Origin: Ruditapes philippinarum
Taxonomy: Eukaryota
Direction: 5' to 3'
NCBI RefSeq assembly: GCF_026571515.1
Contig: NW_026865297.1
Coordinates: 124,001 to 188,000, forward strand
DNA: 64,000 nucleotides
The notes under the pieces were generated by a model. The model was not told the origin of the DNA and did not search any database. It saw only the letters and a list, made by a program, of their open reading frames with translations. The translations under genes were made by a program, and so were the position numbers. The stretch's first letter is position 1. Each line of letters starts with the position of its first letter. Below are positions 40,259-54,150 of the stretch, piece after piece.

Positions 40259-41829
40259 CAGGTCGGGAGGACATTTTTGTTAATTTTTGATAAAACATGT
40301 GAAAATCTAAAGATTTGCCTTGAATCAGAAAATCAAAACGCTACTAAAATTTCACTTTTCATAAAATAGTTGAGACTTGAATATTAATTGTTTTCTTGTT
40401 TATTTGTGTTTTTTTACAGAAACTTCTTTCTATATAGCATGTTTTTTTTATTTCAATAAGTTAAAGAAAGATAAAAATCCTCAAAATGATGATAGACTGC
40501 CTAACGTGCATGGTCATTCGCAGTGGTTCTAAATTTGACATTAAAGTTTATTCATTCAAAAAGTTAGATATTGAGTTCATTTTTATCACTTAGGACGAAA
40601 GGCTATATTGATAGCTTATATATTTATAGCTATTTTTCCATTGACAAATGTTTGACATTATGAAAAAGATCGGCTTCAATAACAGTCTGCTTCCGGCGAT
40701 TGCAATTTATCTCACTGACACGCCAAATAAAGTAAATTGTTTTACATTGTTGCCATGACAACAATCTTAATTGTGCTTTTATATACATTGTAAGCGTTCT
40801 TTACATAGAATTTCATCCATGAAAATGAAATATTTTATCAATTTACCACCTTCCACTTACGATACATGTAGATCTACAATAATGAACGAAAGAGTTGCTT
40901 ACAGAAGATAAGCTGTATCACCTGTAAGAATAGTTTTTCATGATTGTAGCTTAATTTTCAGTCAAGATTGAGAATTTTATTTGACCATTTCTTTAAAATT
41001 GTAACAGTACCAATCTTGGTCATTAAGCGACTATTCCTTTTCATTCCACGTAAGTGTAGATGTACATTTTGACAGACCTTTGCAAATTGAAGTATAATAA
41101 GGATTTGATATGGATTTTTGGACACTTTTAAAAGAAAAACAAATACACCAAACAAACAAGCAAAAACAAACAAAAACATAACAAACAAAAAGAAGGCTAG
41201 ATGGAGTGTGATATGCTTATGATTTAGATTTTTTTTAGATTCTGAAAATAAAAAGGAGGCTTAACATGTATATAGGATACGATATGAATTTAATATGGAT
41301 TTTTACACTCTTGAAATGAAAGCTAAATTTATAAGAATAGATCCAGTAATGATTTCAATTTCAACATCATGCATGTTTATTGATTATGCATTATAAGGTG
41401 TAAAATAAATGTATATATATTGTTTGAAATTGCTTATTCCGTACATCATTTTACTGTCCTTAAAATCAAGTAGTTCAAGGCATATAAAAACATTAAGACA
41501 TTATCTTTTATGATTAGCTATATATGACATAGGATTGCTGTGGTTTCTTATTTCGCAACTAGATATTACTTTAAAAAACGCGGTGTCTGTTGAAATATAG
41601 TTGGTCATCTCTTATAACAACATTTATAAATCAGGTTGCTTGTTATTTCATTTGATAACAAAATATCATGTTTCTGTCTCAAGGATAAGTGTTGAAGGAG
41701 ACATAGATTATATATATTATATATAGTTTATGTAAGCTTTAATTGAAAAAAAATTAACACAAATATATAAATATCTATTGGTATCGTAAGAGAAGAAGAA
41801 CTTCTCATTGCTTAAAACAGAACTTTTTT

Positions 41830-41940
41830 GGTTAAGTAACATAGTATAGGTCAACATAGTAAAGGTCATATGACTACTTTCCAGCTTTACTGGCTGAGGA
41901 CTACTTCAGGTGCCTTTCTGTGCATTATTTCAGGCACGAA
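41830..41940 (-). mobile_element. 3' part of a tRNA-derived SINE (paralogue at ~54210-54340)
   Basis: The reverse complement (gtgcctgaaataatgcacagaaaggcacctgaag...ccagtaaagctggaaag..catatgacc) overlaps the SINE body seen at 51800-51895. Confidence 0.65.
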
Positions 41941-43092
41941 ATTACCTCAGAAAATATTATCAGAGGACTCAAAGGCCAGAATCAGTAAAAATAAGATATA
42001 TAAAAATTGCAATGTACACTCGATGAAATAGTATCTTCACTATAAAATCTTGTTAAAATCGTAGTGTCAAACAAAAACGATTTTCTTTATTATATTAAAA
42101 TTCATCTTTTTAAATAAACGCCATATGCTTCTTGAAAACACTTTAAAAGTTCATGGTACAGACATAGCTTTTATGTAAGAATTGTAAAAGTTGGTAAAAA
42201 CCTTTAATAGCATTTAAAAACATACAGTGGCCAAAATGTTTAGATATTCATGTATAAACCGGCAGGCCTTCCAAGATGAGTTGAAACTTGTCCGTTTATG
42301 TTGTTATAATGAATAAACCGCTACAACTTGTCGACGCACTAAGTATGAGATATCTATAGATATATGTTTCAACTTTATACCCTGTAAAATAATATATTAA
42401 AATAACACTTTGAACCGATTTCAACAAACGCCATCTACATGTCAAAAGTAATAAGAAGAATTAAAATACGTATCTTAAAAAAGTGACATCAATTTTGCCC
42501 GAGTAATAAGATACGAATTTGAACCACCAAATTCCAAGCGGGAAAACTTTAATACAAGGAAATTCACACAGAAATCAAGCTCGCCACATTATTTAGCACA
42601 ATTGAAAGCATATCAGATGTAATAATAATTCCATACCTCGTATCAAAATTTGTTTCTGTCTCTTTATTAGTGCAAGTATTTAACAGGGAATGTGCTTTCA
42701 TTATCATGTTGTTGTTGTTTTTTTCAAATCATAACCTTGATATATTAAACTAAATGTCTCTATTGACCTTCAGATGTTGAATACATATTTTAGTTAATAA
42801 AAAACATTTACGACAGTGATATTCAATCGCGCTCTTGGAATGTTATACACATATTATTTCATTTATCTCTAAAATGCAAAACTAGGTTCTCCGTTTCTTT
42901 ACAATTTGGTTTCATTATCGTGATTTTTTTCGTATCATAACCTTGGTATAACTTTCTAAATGTCTCCAGTGACCTTTAGATTTGGAATATGGCTGGACTT
43001 TTACACCTGTCACTGAATCTCAATTTTTAGGAAATGAATGACCGACAATTATTTTATTACCAGTTCGCACATCAGAAACTACCAATTTATAA

Positions 43093-45415
43093 CAAGATTT
43101 TTCAAGATTTTATTCCAAATACATGTGGGTATTATACCCATGAGCACACAGCATATATACAAACATACATACATACAGAAACCATACTATCAAGGTCATT
43201 AAACATATAATACATATATTTAACATTTACTGTATATTTGAGTCATAAGTTTGCTTTAATATGAACAGAATAACATATTACAGCAAGGTTTTAAATGAAG
43301 CACATGTTTTGCATAATGATATCAATTCAGAAACATTACATTTACCTTCTTAGGTACTGTAATTTACGAATATTCAATATTTGTTCTTAATTCAAACATT
43401 TTAAAGATAAACATTGATAATTTTCTTATAACATTTTCATTTTGAGATGTTAACAATTCAATAAATTTTGCTATATTTGGTTTTTTCCAATAATATTTAT
43501 CTATGAGCTGTTTTCTCAAAACATTGTATTGTGGACATTCTAATAATACATGAAATTCATCTTCTAGTTTTAAGCAAATATTACATTTTCTTTCATTATA
43601 AGGAATTGCTTCAGGTTTATGCCATCTACCAGTTTCTACTTTTAATCTATGCGAAGAAGTCCTGAAACGTGATAAAGATTTCCTAAATTTTTCAATATTA
43701 ACCATTGACAGATATGACTTAAAACCAAAATCACAAAATAATACATAACTTCTTGCTCTTGATGAATCTCTTAAAGTTGCATACCAATTTTGTATAAATG
43801 TATCTGTTAATCTTTGTTTTACTACTGCTAAAAATAAATTTATATCACCAACGCCCTGATTAATCCATACTTCATTGAAACCTAAAGATTGTAACAAAAT
43901 CATAACAGACTTAGCCCAGGACTTTGAATTCGGTTTAAGTTCTAAATCTCTACACATAAGATCATATACAACTTTGACATATTTTGTACTACTTAACTGA
44001 ACAACTTTTAACCAGTATTTTATAACATTAATAGCTCTCATTGTTTTTAAAGATGTCCTTCCAAGTTCACCATAGATAAAATTGTTTTGTGTTTGTCTTT
44101 TAACTCCTAACAACTTCTTACACCTAACAACTTCTTACAATACTTTAAATGAATATTTTCTAATACATGACTATCAAGTAAACCCCATATTTGTGATCCA
44201 TAGCTAAGAATTGGTAAAATAAGTTTATCAAATAAATCCAGTTTATGTTTAACTGACATACAAGGGAATCTTATCAGCTCTTTTTTAAGTTTATACAACG
44301 CCTTCAATGCTTGTCCAGAGAGTATTTCAAAAGTCATATTAAAAGATCCACCAACAGAAAAAACAATGCCTAGATATGTAAACTTTTTAACTATTTCAAT
44401 TGACTGACCTTTATAATAAAAATTCAAATTCTGTCTAAGTCTTCCCCCTTTTTTAAAAATCAAAACCTTTGTCTTTGTACAGTTAACACTTTATTTCCTC
44501 CTATCACAATATATTTCTAATAATCTTAATCCTTTTTGTAAGCCCTCCTCTGTTTCAGACATAATCACTATATCATCTGCATACAATAATAAAAATATCT
44601 TTAAAATACCTAAGTCAATACCTTCAAAACCATTTAACATAAAATATTCTTCTTTATCAATTAAATACATTGAAAATAAAAACAGCGAAAGGGTTTCGCC
44701 TTGTCTTACTCCCAAGTAACATACAAATTCTTCACTAATAGTATTATTGTATTTTACTCTTGATCTTACATTCTCATACATGGACCTAATAATATCTAAC
44801 ATTTTACCTCTCACTCCAAATTGAATTAATTTATACCAAATAACATCTCTTACCAAATAATCAAAAGCTTTAGTGAAATCTACAAAAACAGCATACAACT
44901 TTTTATTATTATCTAATAAATGTGTTATAACACCATGTAATATAAAAACATTATCAATAGTGCTCATGTTTTTTCTGAAACCAGCCTGGGATTCTATATA
45001 CACATTGTATTTTTCAGCCCATATATTTAAACGTTCATTTATTACTTTTGTAAAAAGTTTCCCAAAGATGCTAAGAAGGGTAATACCCCTATAATTATTA
45101 GGGTTATCTATATCCCCTTTTTTATGAATAGGTACAATAAAACCTTCTGTCCAACTTGATGGAAAGTAACCTATATCAAACATTTTATTAAACAAAGAAA
45201 CTATAACCTGTAAAAAGTGATCAAAATCAGATCCAAACTTAAAAAACTCATTTAGTAAATAATCAGGCCCAGCTGATTTACCAGCATTTAACTATTTGCA
45301 AGCATTAAAAATTTCAGTACCAGTGAAAGGAACATTAAGTTCAGAGAACATGACATTTAATTCTTCATTTAAGTATCTATCATTAAAATATAAGACATCT
45401 TCATCAGCTTGATAA
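43093..45415 (-). mobile_element. 5'-truncated RTE-X-like LINE with a frameshifted reverse transcriptase ORF2
   Basis: Motifs KSAGPD, PIHKKGD..NPNNYRGITLLS, QAGFR, FVDFTKAFD, GVRQG, LLYADD, YLGI, PILSYGSQIWG, YGELGR, SSHRLKVETGRW, CNIC..LEDEFHVLLECP in ORFs 44491-45195, 44107-44463 and 43364-44113. The 3' end has AATAAA plus short (aatcttg) repeats. The paralogous site at ~57060-57075 is empty. Confidence 0.95.
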
Positions 45416-48400
45416 ACATGAAATATCATATTTGCTGTCATGTTATTCCATGATAGTGTTATCTTAAATGATAAGCTTAAATAAAATATTTGCAGAGTAA
45501 CTGATTTCTTGTGAATAAAAGTCTTTCGTAAATTAATGGAATGTACGCCTAGATAATGTCATGTGCGCCTAGATAATATCACTTGTTTCGGATTTTATAA
45601 TTGAAGACTTATATAAACGGAAAAGAACAACATCTACAAAAGCAGGAATAAATGTGTTCCCTAAATTTTCAAAATTTATGTTTTTATCAAAATAGTTGCT
45701 AAATTTGTATAGGTTTGTAATCGTGCCCGATATGTTGAAAGGGGCTGTTTGTTATTCGACGATGAGCAGCTATAACATAGCATTACATGTTTTATAGAAA
45801 AATGAATTTATGAGTCTATTAGGTGCTCAATGGCACATGTTGTAGTATTTATTTACTTTTTACAGCAATACAACGTTATCACCTGCATTTTTAGAATAAA
45901 GTGCTTCAAAAAACCCAGATGCTCTGTAATATATTATACCATTTGCGTGGCTTAAGTACATATATTATAAACTGGTTGTGACATCTGAACGAATTATTCA
46001 AATTCAATTGAACTGAACAATTATTTAAGTGAAATTCAAAGTTATAAAATACAAAATGCAATTATATCATGATTGTTCAAAAAGAATAAAAGTTCAAAAC
46101 CGGGAACAATATCATTGTAAATTAAGCATCAATACAATTTTAAGCTATTTAAATCCGTTATATTTTTCACTAGAAGATAAGTATGTATCTAATAACAGAA
46201 GTTAAATATCTATGCTTATCTTATTTGTGCTTAATATACAAATGTTAAAGGCGATATTTATTTCTTTTGTATTTTATTTTTACATTTGGTTGAAAGTATT
46301 CAATTAAAAAGCGGCAAATAAGGGATAAGACAGAAATTGTCATGTTTCAGACATAAACATGCTGCAATGTTTCTTTGATAAAAAACAAAAAATATTTCTT
46401 TTAATGGGGCCCCCTTAAAATTTTTTAAATTTTATAAAACGTTTTAAAAAAACTATTTTTCAAAATAGCATAAAAACAAATAGTTTCTTTAAAAAAATTT
46501 CCTTTTCCCTGGAAATCTTTTTAAAAAACTTTTTTTTTTTGGAATTAGTTAAAAAATTAAATGAACGGATTTTCCCCGGGAAACAACTTTTGGTTCAACC
46601 GTATTCCCAAACCCCATTTAAAAGGTTTATTTGGACATTTTTTTGAAAATTTTAAAGGAAAAGGTTTTTTTTAACCCAAAAAAATTGAAAAGTTTTTAAA
46701 TACCATAAAAACCCAAAAAAGCAAAAAAAAAACCAATTGAATTTAACAGAAAACTTTTTTGGGGTTTTGTCTACATTTTTGGGGGGAACCCAAAAAATTT
46801 AATTCAAATTCTTTTTTTAATTTTACTTCTTTTCTTTTAACCGGGAAAAAAAGGGAAAAGGTTTTTTTTGTGTTAAAGGTTTTAATAATTATCTTAAAAG
46901 TGCCCTTCTTTAAAAGGGGGAAAAAGGTTTTTTTTAAACCTATTCTTTAAAAAGGTTTTTTTCTTTCCCTTTTTTGAATTTTTTTGGTTAAGCAAATTTG
47001 CCACATTTTTTGAAAATTTATGGGGGGAAAAAAAATTTTATTTGCATTTCAATATTTGGAATTTGGTACAAAACTTAAGGTTTTTTTTTTCCCTTTTTGC
47101 TATTATTTATAAAAACCCCCATAAAGCCTTGGAATTCCTATGTTGGGAAAAACCCGCAATTTTATTTTTTCAAGAAAATTTTTAAAAATTTTTATCAAAA
47201 AAAATTAAAACTTTTGGGCAAATTTAAAAATTTTTTTCAACTTTGGGATTCTTAATAAAAAAATTTTCCCAATTTTGGCCCCCCAAAAAAAATTTTAGGT
47301 TTTATTTAAAATAAAGTAAAATTTTTGGCTTAACCAAAGAATTTCAAAAAAAAAAATAAAATAAAGCCCCGGATTTAATTTTCCAAAATGACCTTTTTTG
47401 GCAAATAAGGGACGAAAAGGAAAAAAATTTTTAACATAAAAAAAAATTTTTTTTTTCCCCTTTTTTATAAATAAAAAATTTTTTAGGAAAATTTCGGGGT
47501 ATTCAGGTTTAAAAACTTAAAAATGTTTAAAGAAAAATTTTTAAAATCCTCATTAAACCAAAGTTTTAAATTTTTCTTTTAAATCATATTTGTTTTTGAA
47601 AAAAGTTTTTTTCATTATTTCAATCAATTTTTCAAATTAAATATTAGGTTTTTTAAAAATTTTTATCTTTTAAAAATTTTGGAAATATCACCCCCTGTTC
47701 GTATTTTTTTAGGCGGTTAAATGAATTTTAATTTAAATAAAAAATGTTTAAAATATTTTCCCACCAGAAATGACTTTTGTTTTTTTTTAAATTTATTTAT
47801 TTTAAAAATTTTTCCAAAACTTTTTGGGTTTTAAAAATTATGGGTAAAAATTTGGGGAATGGCCCACAAACCCCCCGGTTTTTTTTTTTTTTTGGTTTTT
47901 TTTTTTGGGTTTTTGTTATGTATTTTGTTGTTTTGGTTTTTTGGGGTTGAAAAAAACAAAAAATTTCTTTTTTTTAAAATTTTAATAAATGGGAAAAACT
48001 TTCAACAAAAATTTGTAAAGATTTTGGGGTTTTTGGCATTTTTTGGAACCCGGGGTTCGAAAACGATTATTTTTTTTTTGTTTTAACCGGTTAATTTAAA
48101 AGTTGTATAGAAATGAAAAAAGCCTTTTTAAGGACCCCATTTCCGCATGTTTGTTTAATCTTTTTAAAAACTATTTAAAATTTTAAAATTGTTTTTAAAA
48201 CGCAATTATTTTGGGGTTTTTTGTTTAAAAAGAAACTTTGTAATTTAAATTGCTAAAAATTTTTCCTTTTCCCTTTTTGTTTTTAATTATATTTAACCTT
48301 TTTAAAAAACAAAAAAAATTTTTAATTTTTAAAACCAAAAGGGGGAAATTTAAATTTTTGTTATTTAATTCCCTTTTAATTTTAAAAAAATTTAAAAAAT

Positions 48401-49774
48401 TTTTTAAATTTTTAAACCCAAGAAGCCCCCTTTGTTTATTTTTTTAAAAATTATAAAATAGGTTTTAACAATTATTCATGCTTTGGTAAACCCCCAAGTT
48501 AACAAATTTCCAAATAAAAAGGGGCGGTTAGGTTAAATTTCATAGCAATTTTAAAATTTTTTAATAAAAAGGAAAAATTAAAAAAATTTTAAAAATTTAG
48601 AAACTGGTTTTATTAAATTTCCTAAAATCAGATATGGATTTAGTCTTCTTTTGTTTAACATTATCAAACTTTTTAACTAAAAAATTATATCAGGGTTTTA
48701 TAACATTTTATCTTTTATCTTTTAAGAGAGCATTTTATTTCAGTTTATCAATAATCATTATACTAATATTATACAAAATAAGTATTTCATATATTACAAC
48801 ACTATATAGTTGTAGCAAATTAAGGTGTTCTGCCTTGACTGTTCATTTAGTGTATAAATCTTTAAGGCGATACATTTTTTAATCTCATTTATCTATTCAG
48901 TTGAAAGCAGACAAAGAAGGGGAAAAATAGAAATTATCATGTTTCAGATATAATAATGTGCTTGATTTAACTAGGAATGTCTCTTTGATAGAATTCAAAG
49001 CACCATCCTTTCGTCTTTTTATGTACACTATATAAAGAAATGGCTTTATCATCATGCAACAGTTGACAACCATTTACTTTATATACTGCCAATAAGTAAC
49101 AAATTTCCACACATTATATTTCATGCAATTTTTAAGACAAATTTCAGAAATAACTTTGTTTATTCAGATTTATTTTTTGAACGTCACGTCGCAAAAATTT
49201 CCCACCTTTAGTTTAATATTATAATTATCTTCTGTATAGTCGGGTCGAGATTGAAAATATTTGCTCCGCCATGACACATGAGAAAAAAAAGGCAGATAAT
49301 CGCTTGAAATGGAAAAAGAGAAGTTCCTGCTTTTTCCTGAAGGAAGCGTTTTTTAAAGGTTAAAAAATGGCATACATTTTGATTAAAGATATATATTGAT
49401 AACAGGGAGAATAGATGGGGTATGATTAATTTTTAAAAATGGAAAAAATGTTATTAGAAGGGTAGGGGGGTTCGGACGGAGGGGAACGGACGGGAACGAA
49501 AAGGGGAGCCATTAAGATAAAATGGATTGCAAAATACAATGGGAAACAATGGTATATCATAATAATTTTAAAAACAACAGAAACAAAATTTAAACCTTCA
49601 TCAAAAGGAATGTCTGACAACATTTCATGTTCAGAAAAACAACAACAAAAACAAACAACAAAAAACCCAAAGAAACAACAAACAAATTATTACTTTTTAC
49701 TTCATATCGGATATTTTGTTTTAAAAATCCAATGAATTATTTTGAAAATTGTCACCTGCATTTTTCCAAACACA

Positions 49775-49929
49775 AATGGGCACCTGAGTAGAACCTTTGA
49801 TATTCCGTAAGCTGGCTTGACACCTTCTTTAAATGTGTGTCTAAAGTCCATGGTGGAATTCGATCCCACAGCGGTGAGGGGCAATTGGTTTGAAATCAAC
49901 GACCCAACTACCGGTCATTGAACGCCCCC
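49775..49929 (-). mobile_element. 5' part of a tRNA-derived SINE
   Basis: The minus strand reads ggggcgttcaatgaccggtagttgggtcgttgatttcaaacc...cccctcaccgctgtgggatcgaattcc (A-box/B-box-like head), followed by body gcttacgg...ggttctactcaggtgccc shared with 51800-51840. Confidence 0.7.
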
Positions 49930-51799
49930 AAAAATTTTAAAAGGGGAATCGGGTTTTTTTAAAAAATTTTATCCTTGATTTACGCCGGGACGTTTCTTCA
50001 CATGAAATTTAAGAAATTTGCTTTTTAAGAAAATTTAACCCCATTTTTTTAAATTTTTCCCAAAAATTTCATTTTAATTTAATAAAAAAGGTTGAAAAAA
50101 GGCCCAAAAACCTTTAAAGGATTACCAAAATTTTTCCTACATTTAAAATTTTTTTCCCTTCACATTTTTTTCTTCGGGGTTTATTTGATAAAGGCTATTT
50201 TTTATACATAACCCCTTCTATAAGTAGAAAACCCAATTAAACTGGGTATTTAAGTTTGGGGTTTTATATTCTTTTTAACGGTTTACCAAAAATCAGAGAA
50301 CAAAATATTTTCGGTTTTTTTGGTTTTAAAAAGTTTTTTAAAAGTTTTTTGAAAATTTTTTGGGGCCTTTAAATTTTTAAATACCCCTCGCTGGAAAAAA
50401 TGTGAAAACCCATGCGGGGCCCTGAATAATAAAAACCGTAAAAAAAAGGTTTTGGGGGTTAATTTTCCAATTTTAAAAGTTTAACTTTTGTAAATAATAC
50501 TAATATATAACAATGTGTGGGATTATTTAAGTTTAACCATGTTAATTTTTGAAATGTTTCCATGCAAAACGACTAAAATTCCTTTTGTTTTTGATAATTT
50601 GCCCCAATTTTTTGGGTAAAAAAAGGGCCATTTATCGTTTTTTGCCTGTTTGTGTAAAAGTTTTTTTCCCGTTTGGGGCCTTTCCCCTTTTTGAAATAAA
50701 AAATTTTTTTTAATTGAAAAATTTTTTTAAAATTTGCTTCAAATTTTAATTAATTTATAAAACAAAATTTCCCATTAAACTTTAAAAAAAATTTTCAAAT
50801 CCTTTTTCTGGGGATACAAATTGAAAATGAAAAATTTTAACCAAAAACATTAAAAAACCTTCCTTTAACAAAAAAAAATTTTCCCCCTTAAACCCAGAAA
50901 AAGGAGGGGAAACCTTTTTTTTATCTATTTTCCGGGGTTACGGGTATAAACCCCCCCATTAGCTTTTTTTGACTTTTTCCAGCGGGCGGTTTGGACAGCA
51001 AAACATACAAAATACATTTTAGTGGCGGGGGGGAAAAATTTATTTGCCCTTTTTTTCTATTTTTTTGGGGAAATTTTCCATTCAAATTTTTTCCCCAAAA
51101 AAAAACAAAAAAATTGTTTTATGATTTTAGGGTTGAAAATTTTAAATAATACTTTTTGTTTTAAATTTAGTTTATTTCCGGGGATTTTCCCCTGCTAATT
51201 AAAAATTTTTTTAAAACCCTTTGTAACTAAAATTTTTTCGTTTTTCATTCCGGGGATTTTGGTGTGGCCGGATTTAAAAAAATTTTTTAAACCTGTTTTT
51301 TAGGTTTTTATTTAAAAAAAAAATGTTTATTTAAAAAACATGTTAAAATTCACAATTTGGAAAAAAAATTGGGAGAAGACGAAATTTTTATATTTTTCCT
51401 TGGGAACGGGGGGTTTTCCATTTATGTAATCCACAGGAAGTATTTTTTTTTAATTTTGGGCTCTTTTTTTTTTGGGTTTTTTTGAAAAACTATGCTATGT
51501 TTCAAAATTTGTCCCTTTTGTTAAAAAAAAAGGGCCTTTTAATGTGCTTAGTAAGGGGCATGTGAAAAATAGTTTTTCCTAGCCGAACGAAAACTATAAA
51601 ATTTTAATTTAATTTAATTTTGATCTGATGAGACTTCTTTAAACTATTTAAATTTAAAAAGTAGGGGAAATTTTTTGATTCCCAGTCAGCAGAAGAGGGA
51701 AAATCCCACCATTTCACCCCTTAGATTTTTTAAGGATACTTTTAACTTTTTCCTTGCTTTTTCCATGAGCTCTTTTAAGATCAAAATCAAATGATACGG

Positions 51800-51895
51800 G
51801 TAGCTTACGGGGCGATGGTTGTTCTTACTCAGGTGCCCGTCAGTGCCTGGTATAATAGACGTAAAGGCACATAAGGTCTTCCTCCACCATTAAAA
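51800..51895 (+). mobile_element. SINE body fragment
   Basis: tagcttacgg...gttcttactcaggtgcccg..gtgcctgg.ataat...aaaggcac..aaggtcttcctccacca links the 49775-49929 head to the 41830-41940 tail. Confidence 0.7.
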
Positions 51896-52652
51896 CAAAA
51901 AGGTATGTTAATTGTTTTGTTTTTTTGTTGTTTTTTTTTTGCAAGGTTTCACCTTTATGTACTGCCATCTTAAGGTAAAGACAGATTAAATATAGTTAAC
52001 TCTATACATTCAGGTTTTAAAGTATTCCCAATTTTTTTGAATAAGAGAATGACAGGCTGTTCATTCTTTTACTCTTTTGTAAAAACAGTATCATTACATC
52101 TATTTATATGCAACTTAAATACTAATTTAATAGATAAATTTCCCTCTTGGCTTCTCCTCTCATTCTAGCGCTGTTCCGCCAAAGAAACTTGCCGAACAGA
52201 TATCCTGATACGTGTTCTAAGAATTTTATTTTGTACTTACTAATGGTTCACAACATTGTCGGGTTACATAGCATGTTGAAAAATAGTATGGAAAAACTAT
52301 TCTTTCCGCACGTATTTAGAATCTATTCATTGGCAAACCAAAATTTTGTGGGGGCATTACACCTACCCATCAATTACGTAGCAAACCCAGTTTAACATCC
52401 TCACATTATCATGAAAAATTTTAAATACCACATTGAAATCCGGGGTTTAATTTTCGATTCAATATGAAAATGTCAAGTCAATAATTTATCTAATAGGCGT
52501 TATTAGTAGCAATGTTGCTCTTTGATCGTGCTATCAACTATAAACATACATGACCATGATATATGTGAATTGTAGATAAGCCTATATCTATATATTCTTT
52601 TCAATAGTTCACTTGGAATTTAAGATTTAAAAAAGAAAAGTTATTTAACATT

Positions 52653-52827
52653 CAGCCTGCGCAGTCTGACCAGGATCCATGCTTTTCGCTATGAGTTTCT
52701 CTACTTGTAATAGAGTTGGTAAGCGAACAGCATGGATCCTGATCAGACTGCGCGGATGCGCAGGCTGGTCTGAATCCATGCTTGTCGCAAACGCATTACG
52801 TTGGTTTTGTCATGACGCGTCTCATAT
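52653..52827. mobile_element. Left-truncated copy of the 240-bp palindromic MITE
   Basis: Matches ~39584-39766, including the right terminus (ggttttgtcatgacgcgtctcatat). Confidence 0.9.
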
Positions 52828-53923
52828 TTATGATATATGTTTGCTCCATTTGACGAATAATGCTACATTGTACATTTTTTATTCTGTCTTATTTACTCCT
52901 TACATTGGTTTAATCTTTTTTATGTTAATCTGTCTTGATGTTTTTCATTTGGTTCCTTTATGTGTTTACATGTTACAATTTCTTATATATGCCACCAATG
53001 TTGATTAATGCATTTTTACAAGGGAGGACCGATCGCTAATGTTGTAAGAACTTGGGCTGAACACTTTTGCTATGTGTTATTTCGAAATCAATTTGTTTCC
53101 CTGTATATTTACATGTCCGTATATTGGCAATAAAACATGATCAAACCAATTTCACACAATCATTGTATGATATTTTGACAGAACTTTGTAAATTGAAGTA
53201 GAATAAGGATTTGATATGGATTTTTGGACACTCTAAAAGAACAAATACACCAAACTATCAAACAAAAACCAACAAAAAGTAGGCTAAATGGAGTGTGATA
53301 TGCTTACGATTTAATTTTTTGTATAGATTCTGAAAACAAAAAGGAGACTTTACATGTATAAACTGGTTGGATACGATATGAATTTGATATGGATTTTTAG
53401 ACTGGAAATGAAAGCTAAATTTAAAAGAATAGATCCAGTAATGATTTCAAACTTGAACACCACTAAAGGGATTTTTATTGATTTCCCTTTAAAGGGTGTA
53501 AAATAAATGATATATATTATTGCTTATTTCCGTACATCTTTTTACTGCCCTTTAAAAAATAAGTAGTTCAAGGCATTTTAAAAAAAACTTTTAAGGTATT
53601 ATTTTTTTTGTTTAAAGCTATAAAATCCCATAGGGATTGCTTTTGGTTTCTTTTTTTCGCAACAAAAATTTTTGTTTTTTAAAAAAACGCTTTTTTTCTG
53701 TTGAAATTTTGATGGTCTTTCTTTTTTTAACATTCATTGATAAAAAAAATATCATTTTTCTGTTAAAGGTTTTAAAAGGGTTTGGGTTTTTGAAGGAGAC
53801 ATTTTAGATTATGGTTTACGGGAAAGGCCCCACTTTCCGTCTTGAGGTTTTATAAGGGGAAGGGCAGGTTTGGTTATATAGTTTATGTAAGCTTTAATTG
53901 AAAAAAAAAATAACACAATATAT

Positions 53924-54150
53924 AAATGAGCCGCGTCACGACATAAACAACATAATGGGTTTGCGACCGCGCAGTCTGATCAGGATCCATTCTGTTCGCT
54001 ATCAGTTTCTCTACTTGTTATAGGGTTGGTAAGCGAACAGCATGGCCCTGTCAACGGGGCCAGGGGAATGCGCGGGCCCGGGTCGGGAAAATCCATTTTT
54101 GGTCGAAAAACGCTTCCCTTTTGGGTTTTTGTCTTTGGATGCGGCTCTTT
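53924..54150. mobile_element. Copy of the palindromic MITE, right half distorted
   Basis: aaatgagccgcgtcacgacataaacaac ... gcggctc; the paralogous site at ~41765 (atatataaatatctattggtatcg) is empty. Confidence 0.85.

Larger units (their letters stand above)
41075..50560 (+). repeat. Second segmental duplication, copy 1
   Basis: 41080-41940 matches 53185-54310; 41960-43090 matches 55865-57065; 45420-46380 matches 57070-58040; 48630-49280 matches 60770-61390; 49290-50560 matches 62890-63960. Confidence 0.88.

Noticed and set aside
44873-45094. Plus-strand 73-aa ORF
   Set aside because: Antisense shadow of the LINE reverse transcriptase frame.
49850-49929. tRNA gene (also 63360-63438)
   Set aside because: The tRNA-like head is degenerate, I could not fold a full cloverleaf, and it runs into a repeat body found elsewhere in the window, so it is a SINE.
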